This document shows, piece by piece, positions 49,551 through 58,464 of a DNA stretch of 64,000 bases (the stretch's first letter is position 1; each line of letters begins with the position of its first letter). Position numbers and translations under genes: made by a program. Location: contig OZ244744.1 of NCBI GenBank assembly GCA_965219455.1, positions 1,312,001 to 1,376,000 on the forward strand, in the 5' to 3' direction. The notes beneath the pieces are model-generated. The model made no database searches and was not told where the DNA came from. It was given only the letters and a program-made list of their open reading frames with translations. Source of the DNA: Candidatus Latescibacterota bacterium (GTDB lineage Bacteria > Latescibacterota > UBA2968 > GCA-2709665).

Positions 49551-50010
49551 AGGTGGAGCAGACATTCTTGTCTGCTCACATACATCAAATGATCCCGTTG
49601 TACGCAGCGAAAAGCAGTAATAGCGCTTCGGCCGCTACATCGCCGAAAGCCCTGCAAAAGCCGGACTGTGCGACCGCGAGTATTGGCTCAATGAAGGCGG
49701 CGCAATCCTTTCTTGTGTCTGCATTCCGACAGAAGGACCTCCCCCCCGGCCCCCTCTCCTGCGAGGAGAGGGGGAGTCGAACGAAGCGTTGCTTAAACAC
49801 GAGATGGGCAGACAGGAATGTCTGCCCCACCTTCACACACGCTTCCTCAACGGCTCGAGGTTGTCGAGGCGCCCCTGTATCGGCTTTCCCTTCGCGCCGA
49901 CCCTTCGACCCTTCGACAAGCTCAGGGACCGCAGGCTCAGGGAGCGGCTCAGGGTGCTCGCGCCCATCTGCCTGCCGTGCCGGGCACGGCGCAGGCAGGG
50001 CTGAGCATAG
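49551..50010. repeat. Mosaic REP-like repeat cluster
   Basis: GGTGGAGCAGACATTCTTGTCTGCTC; CCCCCTCTCC...GGAGAGGGGG; GGGCAGACAGGAATGTCTGCCCCACCTTCACACACGCTTCCTCAAC; CCCTTCGACAAGCTCAGGG; CTGCCTGCCGTGCCGGGCACGGCGCAGGCAG. Confidence 0.8.
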
Positions 50011-50123
50011 CGAAGCCGCGCTACGGGCGACCACCGTTTCCCGTCGCCTCACCGAACGGAAACACCCTGTTATCCGTATACGTGTCGTCACATAAAGGCT
50101 TTGTCATTGGCGATGCAACTACT

Positions 50124-51044
50124 TTATTTCCGCTCACCGCACCAATGTCCGGATATATAACGGGCGACGCCGTCGGCTTCATTGGTGTCGATGATCCCGG
50201 TGGCGCGTTCCTTGAGGGCGGGAATGGCATTGGCCACGGCCAGGGCCTCATCTGCCAACTTGAACATTCCCAGGTCGTTTACTTCGTCGCCAAAGACGAC
50301 CAGACGGCGGTCTTCCAGGTCTTTCATGCGCTTGAGGAATAGTATGCCGTGTTCTTTGGTGGCACGGGCATCCTGGATAGTCAGCCAGTGCCAGCCGGGC
50401 GAAGACTGATTTTCGTAACATTGGGTCTGGATCCGCCCGGCGTGCCGATGTTTCATCTCGTCAGCCAATTTCTCCAGTTCCGGTTCCGGTCCAATTACGG
50501 TGAGACAGACCACCTGGTCGTCCAGGCCGCGCTCCAGGTCGGGTAGATAGCACATGCGCGGGTCCTGCTTGAGCCGCCTGTTCCGCACGTACCAGGCCAT
50601 GCCGTCATTGGTGATATCGCGGTAGTAGCAACGGTCCGCCGTGCCGTCGTAAGTCGAGATGAAGGGCACGTAGCCGGCGTCGGTTATTTGTTGCCACAAC
50701 CCGGGCAAAATATCGCCGTGCAGTTCTTGGATCAGATAGTGCCGGCCGCTGGCCGGATCGGAGACGAAAGCGCCGTTGAATTCAACCACCGGCAGACGGA
50801 GAAGCAGACCGGCCAGCAAGTGGCGCATGGAGGCGATGCTGCGAGCGCTGGCCACGGTAAAGAGCAGACCCTGATCCAACATAGAGTTAAGGGTATCCTT
50901 GCTGTACTGGGACAGCGACGTATCGCTGCCCAGTAGCGTGCCGTCCAGATCGGAAACGTAGAGGGTAGAATCGCCGGGATTCAAGATATCTCCTGCCGCG
51001 GCTTCACATAGCTCGGTCGCAGCTGAATTGGTCATGGTCAACAC
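50124..51044 (-). CDS. Cof-type HAD hydrolase
   Basis: SDLDGTLL, ASARS, ATKEHG, FGDEVNDLGMF. Confidence 0.9.
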   Translation of the reverse strand: MLTMTNSAATELCEAAAGDILNPGDSTLYVSDLDGTLLGSDTSLSQYSKDTLNSMLDQGLLFTVASARSIASMRHLLAGLLLRLPVVEFNGAFVSDPASGRHYLIQELHGDILPGLWQQITDAGYVPFISTYDGTADRCYYRDITNDGMAWYVRNRRLKQDPRMCYLPDLERGLDDQVVCLTVIGPEPELEKLADEMKHRHAGRIQTQCYENQSSPGWHWLTIQDARATKEHGILFLKRMKDLEDRRLVVFGDEVNDLGMFKLADEALAVANAIPALKERATGIIDTNEADGVARYISGHWCGERK

Positions 51045-51297
51045 GAGGTTTCGTTGTTATCGGGCATGCAGAGCGGCGTTCAACCTCTATGATCGAGGCG
51101 ACATCCAACATCGAAGAGGTCCGCAATGCTGGCGCCCATGCCAGTCAGATAGGCGCGAGCCCGATCAACCGTCCAATCACTCAGCCCAACACGAAACACC
51201 ATGAATGTTCAATTGCGCATTTCGCGTGGAAGTCTTACTGTGAGACTTCAATTGCACTCATTAATTCAACGTCGTAATCGAACCGGAGTCTATTGCA

Positions 51298-51789
51298 ATG
51301 ATTAAACCACTTATTCGCAAGTGGTTTTTTCCCCTCGCGAGAGCCTACTGGAGGATTTTTCGCCCAAAGACGTTCGGTGTAAAGGGCGTTGTTCCACATC
51401 CGGATGACGATCGGCAAGTCCTGTTGATCCGAAACACTTACGGAAACACGATGCTCTGGAATCTTCCCGGAGGGGGCTACTGCCCGAAACGGGAAGCGCC
51501 GGACCGCGCAATTGATCGGGAGATCAGGGAGGAGTTGTCTCTCACACCGCACGGCACGGAACAATTGGGGGAGTACCGTACTGATGCGGAGCGTAAGCGC
51601 GACACAGTGAACCTATTTCTTTGTCGGATAACTTCAGATCACGTGAAAGTCAATTCCGAAATCGCCGAAGCCAGATGGGTTTCGCTGGACAATCTCGACC
51701 GGATTCGAAACATCGCCCGCGTGGCCCTCCGCGGTATTGAACTCTACAAACGATCTCTCAATCAACAAGGACGAGACGGCTTAAGATAG
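51298..51789 (+). CDS. NUDIX hydrolase
   Basis: Nudix box WNLPGGG....EAPDRAIDREIREEL. Confidence 0.88.
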   Translation: MIKPLIRKWFFPLARAYWRIFRPKTFGVKGVVPHPDDDRQVLLIRNTYGNTMLWNLPGGGYCPKREAPDRAIDREIREELSLTPHGTEQLGEYRTDAERKRDTVNLFLCRITSDHVKVNSEIAEARWVSLDNLDRIRNIARVALRGIELYKRSLNQQGRDGLR

Positions 51790-51930
51790 GCCTTTCGATC
51801 CGGGGAGGCGATTCTTCCGCCAGAATTGCGTCACGAGAGTGAATCAGCGTGAGCGAATCAGGCGGCGGAATTGGGAATTCCGAGATAGTTGATCGAATAT
51901 TCGTTTCGTTCTATTCAGATTGGAGGAATA

Positions 51931-52476
51931 GTGAGACAGTTGCTATTGATCAGGCATTGTCAATCGTCGGGGCAGGAAGCGGAGGCTGAGCTGACGGAAA
52001 CCGGGCGAGCGCAGGCGGAAAGACTCGCCGGTTTCCTGTCTGACTGCCCGATTGACATGATTGCCTCCAGTACCTATGCCCGGGCGCGGCTGAGCATTGC
52101 GCCATTCGCCGCCAGGAACGGTTTGCCCATCCACCTGGATCAGCGGCTGATCGAGCGCAGGCTGTCAACTCACGCGATGGACAACTGGCGGGAGGTCATC
52201 CGCGATTCCTTTGACGACAGGTCGTTGCGCGCACCCGGTGGCGAGTCGGGGCGCGAAGCGTTTGACCGTGGATGGACAGCCATAACCGACCTGTTTAACG
52301 GGGACTACCGTTTCCCGGTAGCAGTGACTCACGGGAACCTGCTGAGTATTATATTGAACTCGATAGACGGCAATTTCGGTTACGACGGATGGGCCTCTCT
52401 GTCGAATCCGGATGTTTTCCATCTGAGAGAAGCCGGCCGGGGACGCTTGGAATTCGAGAGACTCTGGTCGGAATAG
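51931..52476 (+). CDS. Histidine phosphatase family protein
   Basis: GGAGG RBS and GTG start; LIRHCQS, PGGES, VTHGN. Confidence 0.88.
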   Translation: MRQLLLIRHCQSSGQEAEAELTETGRAQAERLAGFLSDCPIDMIASSTYARARLSIAPFAARNGLPIHLDQRLIERRLSTHAMDNWREVIRDSFDDRSLRAPGGESGREAFDRGWTAITDLFNGDYRFPVAVTHGNLLSIILNSIDGNFGYDGWASLSNPDVFHLREAGRGRLEFERLWSE

Positions 52477-52830
52477 GCTCGGCAGTTGCGATTCTGCGGT
52501 TCACGGATTCCTGAGAATTGGTAAATGAATTTTTGCACATCAGAAGAATTCGACCGAATGCGAGACTGCCAGGGGCGATTTACGAGGCTTCTGCGCCAAA
52601 AGTGCATTGACATTTCGAAAATCTCCTGTATATATTACAGACGCATTTGGTCTGCCTGCGGAGTTCAATTTACGGTATTGCACCTCGCGAAATCCTCTTG
52701 AGGTTCCGTAGTCATTTCCTTGCACTTGCGCACATTGTCGATTCCAATTTGCGTGACGACAAGGCGCGAAATGCACAAGCTAAAACGCCACGGGGAAAAG
52801 AGTAGACTCACAGGCAAAGGATGGTGAATA

Positions 52831-53160
52831 ATGCAGGCCCGTTACAAGATACGCGTCCGAGTTATTGTAGAGCCGGATGAAGATCAATACTATGTCAGTG
52901 CGCCCGCCCTGCCGGGTCTACACATTGACGGGCCAACGAGGCAAACAGCCCTTCGGCGAACAAGAGACGGAATCAGGGCCTATTTGGATTCACTAAGAAA
53001 ACACGGAGAACCATTGCCTGTCGGTCCGGATTTAATTATTGAGAAGGTTGAAGACATGGATATGGGCTTCAGAAGTATCGGAGAGCCTTCCAACTCCAGG
53101 CCCAACGAATGGACAGGGTTGACATGGCCCGCTATGGCAGGCACGCGTGGAGTCAGATAA
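52831..53160 (+). CDS. hicB: HicB-family antitoxin
   Basis: YYVSAPALPGLHIDGPTRQTAL...AYLDSLRKHGEPLP. Confidence 0.85.
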   Translation: MQARYKIRVRVIVEPDEDQYYVSAPALPGLHIDGPTRQTALRRTRDGIRAYLDSLRKHGEPLPVGPDLIIEKVEDMDMGFRSIGEPSNSRPNEWTGLTWPAMAGTRGVR

Positions 53161-53378
53161 AGGGAATTTCGGTAGAGAAGCTCATGCGTGCGCTAAGGGC
53201 GGATGGATGGGCAGAGGAAAAAAGGAGAAGTGGTACCAGGCCATTTTATAAGGATGGTGCGCGGATCGTAATCCACTATCATCCAGGAAAGACATTTGGC
53301 CCAAAAATTCTTAAGGGTATTCTCAACAGCATTGGGTGGTCGGAAGAAGACCTGAAGCGACTCAAGCTCATAAAATGA
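53124..53378 (+). CDS. hicA: HicA-family toxin
   Basis: KLMRALRADGW...IVIHYHPGKTFGPKILKGIL; overlaps hicB. Confidence 0.75.
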   Translation: MARYGRHAWSQIKGISVEKLMRALRADGWAEEKRRSGTRPFYKDGARIVIHYHPGKTFGPKILKGILNSIGWSEEDLKRLKLIK

Positions 53379-53807
53379 CTGTCGAATGACGACGACCGAA
53401 TTGTCGATCCCATGGTCCCTTTGTGGACAATGGGATTTTTTTACTTCAATTTCGCCAGCGATATCGCCGTCGTCGGAGACATATGGTCATCTTATTCTCT
53501 ACGCTGCCGGATTCTCGATCGCTATCACTCCGTTCAGATTCCAATACCGTCGACTTTACTTGGAAGAATAGTCGGATTACTGCACCGAGGAGCAAAAGAG
53601 TTTTGACCCCGATATTTCCGAAAAATAGAAGCCGAGGCTGTGTGCCCCGGCCCGTGGGTTCTGGATAGGGATTGACTTCAGTTCTCATATCCATTCTTGA
53701 GAAAAGGCGGAGCTTCCTTAAATCCCTGCTCTCCCTTCTTCTTCTCTTCCGCGATCCACGCGGCGATTTTTTCGTCCCGTTCCCTCATCCCTTCCTTTCG
53801 TCCTTTT

Positions 53808-54353
53808 TCAAACCTGCATCCGGTTTTTAACATACTGTTTTACTTGATCATATACTTGATCCTCGTCGCCGCTGGCGTCGACGAAATGAACCCCGGGACG
53901 ATTGAGGTCTTGAAGGTATTTCCAGATATCGCTGACCTTCTGCTCATCCCTGAAGTATTCCGGAGCGGCGTACGCCTCCGGCATCGCACGGTGCCGTGCC
54001 CCAAGTCGCTCCATACACTCTGCATACGAACAACGGAGAATAACGGGCAGGAAAAGCGTCTGTTGATGCCATTCCAATATTCCATCCAGTTTCCGCCATT
54101 GGAACTCCCATCCCAGTGACATATCCAGCACCACCGAAACCCTGGACTCAATGAACTTCTCGCAAAGGCGGAAGAGTACGTCGTACGCAACCCGGTACGT
54201 GTCAATTTGGCCGGCTTTGATTCCAGGCGACCTCTCGATCGCGCGACCGATGATATCGGAACTCAGGCAGGGCAGATTGAACTCAAGCGAAAGTCTCCCG
54301 CATATGGTCGTCTTCCCGGCGCCCGGGAATCCACCGATCGCAATCAGGGCCAT
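53808..54353 (-). CDS. AAA_33-like P-loop kinase
   Basis: GFPGAGKTT, LSSDII, VVLD, ERLGAR. Confidence 0.8.
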   Translation of the reverse strand: MALIAIGGFPGAGKTTICGRLSLEFNLPCLSSDIIGRAIERSPGIKAGQIDTYRVAYDVLFRLCEKFIESRVSVVLDMSLGWEFQWRKLDGILEWHQQTLFLPVILRCSYAECMERLGARHRAMPEAYAAPEYFRDEQKVSDIWKYLQDLNRPGVHFVDASGDEDQVYDQVKQYVKNRMQV

Positions 54354-54428
54354 CCGATTCCCTCTATCCGGGTCAATACGCGCTGAAATCGATCCGGGAA
54401 CTGGTAGGCGTTTCGTTCTATTCAGCGG

Positions 54429-55559
54429 CTATGCCAACTCCACTTTGAACAGGAAACTCGCCCGTGAGTGGTTATCCGATTCGGCCACGATGAATGTTCT
54501 GGCGTCCACCATACACATATGGTGCGCCAGCCAGCACCGCGTCCCGTCCTGCGTATCCCGGATCGGCCCCAGGTCGTTGAACAAGCCCGACCCGCGGTCG
54601 TACGTGAAGAAGTGCGTATCGTAGTCGCCCCCGCTGACGCCGTAGATCAGTCCGTTGGGACCCTCGATCAAACCCTTCATGCGCGGCGCGACGTATGGTT
54701 TTCCCAGATACGTCGCCCTCACCCCCGGACCCCGGTGGTCCAACTGCACCAGCGCCCCGGCGGTCGTGCCGATGTACAGCGTCCCATCTTCCGTCAGCAG
54801 CGCGGTATCCATCTGGTTGGAACCCGGTTTTCCAGGCCCGACGTCGGGAAGGTCCACGTTCGTGAAATCGATCTCGTCCCGGTCGGGGTCGTATCTCAAT
54901 AGTGGATATCGTCCTGCCCACTGCATCAATTCGTACGTGTGCCAGGCGCCTCCGTCCGCATCCAGCGCCAGATGCTCGGTGGAAACGTCACCCAGCATGG
55001 TCAACTCCCGCGCGGCGCCGCTTCCGATATCGTATCGGAACATCTTTCTTCCGGGAAACGTATCCCCGTAGATGATGCCGCGCCGGCGGTCCATCACGAA
55101 TCCCTGGACGTAGTCGTGCTCGATCGGGATGCACAGAAACTCGTACTCCCTGGTGCCGGGATCGTAACGAAAGATGGGGCCACCCGTGGCCTTGGGCCAG
55201 ATATCGGCGTCGCCCAGCGTGGCGACACCGGCGTAAACGCGCCCCTCTTCGTCCACCTCCAGGCCCTGGTGGATCTTGCTGCCGTACCGGTCCCGTTCAC
55301 CGGGATAATTCAGGGACTCCCACGTATGCGTCGCGGGATCGAAGGTATAAAAGATATCCCTGTCGAGCGCGGTCAGCCCCACGTAGACCAGGCCATCGGT
55401 CGGATTGAAGCACACGCAGGTCGGAGAAATCCACTTCTTGCCGAAGACTTCGTCCTCAATCCAGTCCTCGCTTGCCTTCCATTTCGTGAAATGCGTCCAC
55501 TTCTCCATACTGATTTCGCATTCCCGGAGCCGATGGGTGGAAATTCGTTCAATCTTCAT
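54429..55559 (-). CDS. Beta-propeller hypothetical protein
   Basis: Repeated DG.VY.G / FRYDP blade motifs; start set to the ATG at 55559. Confidence 0.7.
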   Translation of the reverse strand: MKIERISTHRLRECEISMEKWTHFTKWKASEDWIEDEVFGKKWISPTCVCFNPTDGLVYVGLTALDRDIFYTFDPATHTWESLNYPGERDRYGSKIHQGLEVDEEGRVYAGVATLGDADIWPKATGGPIFRYDPGTREYEFLCIPIEHDYVQGFVMDRRRGIIYGDTFPGRKMFRYDIGSGAARELTMLGDVSTEHLALDADGGAWHTYELMQWAGRYPLLRYDPDRDEIDFTNVDLPDVGPGKPGSNQMDTALLTEDGTLYIGTTAGALVQLDHRGPGVRATYLGKPYVAPRMKGLIEGPNGLIYGVSGGDYDTHFFTYDRGSGLFNDLGPIRDTQDGTRCWLAHHMCMVDARTFIVAESDNHSRASFLFKVELA

Positions 55560-55621
55560 TGTAATACCCTCAATTCTGGACGTCAGTTTGCCGTTGCCGC
55601 TTTCACCTCGGTGCGGCGTTT

Positions 55622-56428
55622 TCAGTCTGTGTCTGCGCCGCTGGACGGAAGGACGGCGATCAGCCGGCACGGCGACGCGCAAGCCCCGCGGATCTTCATC
55701 GGCAGGGCGATCAATTGGATGCGGGGTGCGGTAATCTCCGCCACGTTCAACAGCGAACCGATCACCAGCACGCCGGACCTCATGAGCATGGGCCAGAAAC
55801 TCGGTTCTTCCTCGCCATCATGCCAACTGGCCATGTCCGACGCCAGAATCGAAGGCCTTCGATTCACCGCCCATTCAATCGCGTCGTAGCTGAAATGCGG
55901 CGTTAGATCGCAGCGAATGTCGTTGCTGCCAAACCGATTGTAACCCGTGGAGACCAGGATCGCATCCCCCGGATGGATCGTTTCTCCAAGACTCGCCAGT
56001 GCGCGATCCAGGTCGGCGGCGGTCACCTTTTCATCTTTCCCCCTGGGAAGTTGCATCACCACCGCGGATACAAACAGCCGTTCCAGGCCGATATCGGCAA
56101 CCGACTCCATTTCGGGATAGAGATGCGCCCCCGTCTCCAGGTAGTTGCCGGCCTGAACGCACATCCGGACTTCCTGGGTGTAACTGCGGTACTCGCGGCC
56201 CCGGCACAGGGCCTCCATTTCTTCGTCCAGTTCCCGCATCCGGAACGACGGCAGCGTTCCCGTCATGTCCACGGGCATCCCGTTGAAGTAATCGCACGTC
56301 AGATCGACCAGCCGTCCATATCCCAGGTCTGATTCAATTCGATTCCGGCGTTTCCGCCGGCATCCGATTCCGGGGTTCTGTCCGCGTTCATTTCTGCCCT
56401 CCGTTTCGTGATCCGGTCGCTGGAGCAA
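55622..56428 (-). CDS. Cyclase/kynurenine formamidase-family protein (start uncertain)
   Basis: LVDLT, GDAILVSTG, PHFS.DA.EW, ALPMKI.GACASPCRLIA. The metal motif is degenerate. Confidence 0.7.
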   Translation of the reverse strand: MLQRPDHETEGRNERGQNPGIGCRRKRRNRIESDLGYGRLVDLTCDYFNGMPVDMTGTLPSFRMRELDEEMEALCRGREYRSYTQEVRMCVQAGNYLETGAHLYPEMESVADIGLERLFVSAVVMQLPRGKDEKVTAADLDRALASLGETIHPGDAILVSTGYNRFGSNDIRCDLTPHFSYDAIEWAVNRRPSILASDMASWHDGEEEPSFWPMLMRSGVLVIGSLLNVAEITAPRIQLIALPMKIRGACASPCRLIAVLPSSGADTD

Positions 56429-56467
56429 GCGCCCGGTGGTGGAGATTCATTTTCACGAGTGTCGGCC

Positions 56468-58432
56468 TTACGCGTAGGGAAAGAACATATTCGAGACCGT
56501 CCCCGTAAAGTAGTCCACGGCAATCCACAGCCCCGTGCAAACGGCCTCCCCGAGGATAATCCCCATAAAGAAAGGCCGGGTCGACCGGTAGAGCCTCGCG
56601 CCTCCGAACCTCAACACCAGGCTCTTGACGCCCCAGGCCAGAAGAACATTGATAAAGAAGTAATCCGTATACGCAATGGTGCTGACGGGAAGCGCGACGG
56701 GATGCAGCGGCCACCACACAAACCGGGCTCGCATCGCCGCCAGAAGCGCCGCAATGGCGCCCCCCATCCCCAGGTACAGAAACCCCCGGGTGAAGATCGG
56801 ACTCGGCTCGAGCATGCGGCGGCCCACAAAGGCATCGAACGGGAGGCGCGCATAGTCCAGAAAGTGCCGGTCCAGGTTGAGCCCGCCATGGGCGTAGCCG
56901 AGTTTGAGCGTCATCGTGCTCGCAGTGATCAGGCCCACCGCCAGGGCCAGACCCATTGCCCAGACCAGGCCGCGCTTACGTGGGATCCTGCGGGCAAGCC
57001 AGAGCGCGCCCACCGCACGGGGCATCAGCGTGCTCGTCCGCGTCATCGTCCATGCGTAGCCGAACCCCAGCGTCACGAGGCCGGCCGGGCTGAAAGCAGA
57101 AGACCCGACCATACAGACGGCAAACTCGGCGGGATTGATGGGCGAGTACGCGGTCACAAATCCGGTCTCGCTCACGATTCGCGCCATCACAAGGAACACC
57201 ACGAAACAGGAGGCGAACAACACCAGAATCACCGGTGGAGACATCCCGGCCTGATACAGCCAGCACCCAAGATACAGCGTTCCGCCTCCAATTCCGATCA
57301 CCGCGGTCCGGTAGGACATAACCTCGTTCGAATCGTCCGCCCCCGATGGCCTGCCCAGTACTTTTGCCGCGACATGGCGCAGGTGTTCACGCCCCACCCA
57401 CAGGCTGTACGCTGCCAGGATCACCATGTACCCCATGCCCATCAGGGCCAGGGACGCGTGTCCCTGAGAACTGAACCGCCCCACCACGCCCGATACATTG
57501 TAGCGTTCCGCTCCCAGGACTGCCAGTATACCACGGACAATCTTGGAAATGACGTTGAACACCCAGATGCTCAGGCTCACGTCCGTATTCACGAAATAGG
57601 AGTAACCCAGAATAGCGAAGTGGAGCCTGAGACGTAAGGGCGTCGTACCGTTGAAGATCCAGATATCGTGAACCAGGCCGATCCGGGGGACGGTGTGGAA
57701 GTAGTGGTGCAGTGCGTTGATCGACCCGATCACGAACGGAATCGCGAACCCCGCCCACATCAACCGGCTCCTGAACAGCCGTCCCAACCTGCCATTTCCG
57801 GTCTCACTCAACTCCAGGGGTACCTGCATGATCGGAAAGGCGAACCGTTCGTGGTCCTCCCACTGTTTCCGCACAATGACTGCCAGGCAGATCAACACCC
57901 CCAGGAGCACCAGCAGGAACACGCCCCAGCTGACAAGAGGAACGAACCACGCCTCCCAGGGCGGCGATACCCCGTCGGGCAGCCCCTCGTAGAGACCCCG
58001 CACGACCTCGGCGTCCCCCGGGGCCGTCCAGGGGACGATATTGGGCAACACGGCCTCCAGGTCGCGCCGCTCGGGAGTCGCGTAGTAGGTGACGCCGGTC
58101 AGGTAGGAGATCAGATGTTTGACCATTTGCGAAACGGGCAACAAAAACAGGAACATCACGTAAATGGCCAGCAGTTCGCCCCGGTTCAGGGCGAATCGTT
58201 TCCTCAGCGCGGCGAGCAGTGGATTGGCGAACAGGACAAGAAGGAACAGGAGTACGAGCGCGCCGCGGTCGATGAAATACGCGTTCAGCCACCGTCCCTG
58301 GATCACCATTCGGTTGTACGGCAGCACCAGTCCCAGAAATCCGCAAAGGGCGAGGCCGATCAGAAAGGCTCGCGGGGTCAGGCCGTCCCGCACATCCTCG
58401 TCGGGCGCATGGAGACTGCGTTCGCGGTTCAT
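56468..58432 (-). CDS. Multi-pass membrane protein, DUF6785/DUF6784-like putative transporter
   Basis: LNRGELLAIY, W..W..PL..W, RKQW...ER..FPI, WWPLHPV, RPFFMGIILGE. Confidence 0.75.
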   Translation of the reverse strand: MNRERSLHAPDEDVRDGLTPRAFLIGLALCGFLGLVLPYNRMVIQGRWLNAYFIDRGALVLLFLLVLFANPLLAALRKRFALNRGELLAIYVMFLFLLPVSQMVKHLISYLTGVTYYATPERRDLEAVLPNIVPWTAPGDAEVVRGLYEGLPDGVSPPWEAWFVPLVSWGVFLLVLLGVLICLAVIVRKQWEDHERFAFPIMQVPLELSETGNGRLGRLFRSRLMWAGFAIPFVIGSINALHHYFHTVPRIGLVHDIWIFNGTTPLRLRLHFAILGYSYFVNTDVSLSIWVFNVISKIVRGILAVLGAERYNVSGVVGRFSSQGHASLALMGMGYMVILAAYSLWVGREHLRHVAAKVLGRPSGADDSNEVMSYRTAVIGIGGGTLYLGCWLYQAGMSPPVILVLFASCFVVFLVMARIVSETGFVTAYSPINPAEFAVCMVGSSAFSPAGLVTLGFGYAWTMTRTSTLMPRAVGALWLARRIPRKRGLVWAMGLALAVGLITASTMTLKLGYAHGGLNLDRHFLDYARLPFDAFVGRRMLEPSPIFTRGFLYLGMGGAIAALLAAMRARFVWWPLHPVALPVSTIAYTDYFFINVLLAWGVKSLVLRFGGARLYRSTRPFFMGIILGEAVCTGLWIAVDYFTGTVSNMFFPYA

Positions 58433-58464
58433 CCCTGGTCCGGTCCCTTCACTACGTTAACGCA

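Noticed and set aside
53673-53815. Short minus-strand peptide FEKGRKEGMRERDEKIAAWIAEEKKGEQGFKEAPPF
   Set aside because: Looks like a C-terminal remnant of a lost gene, but is too short to call with confidence.
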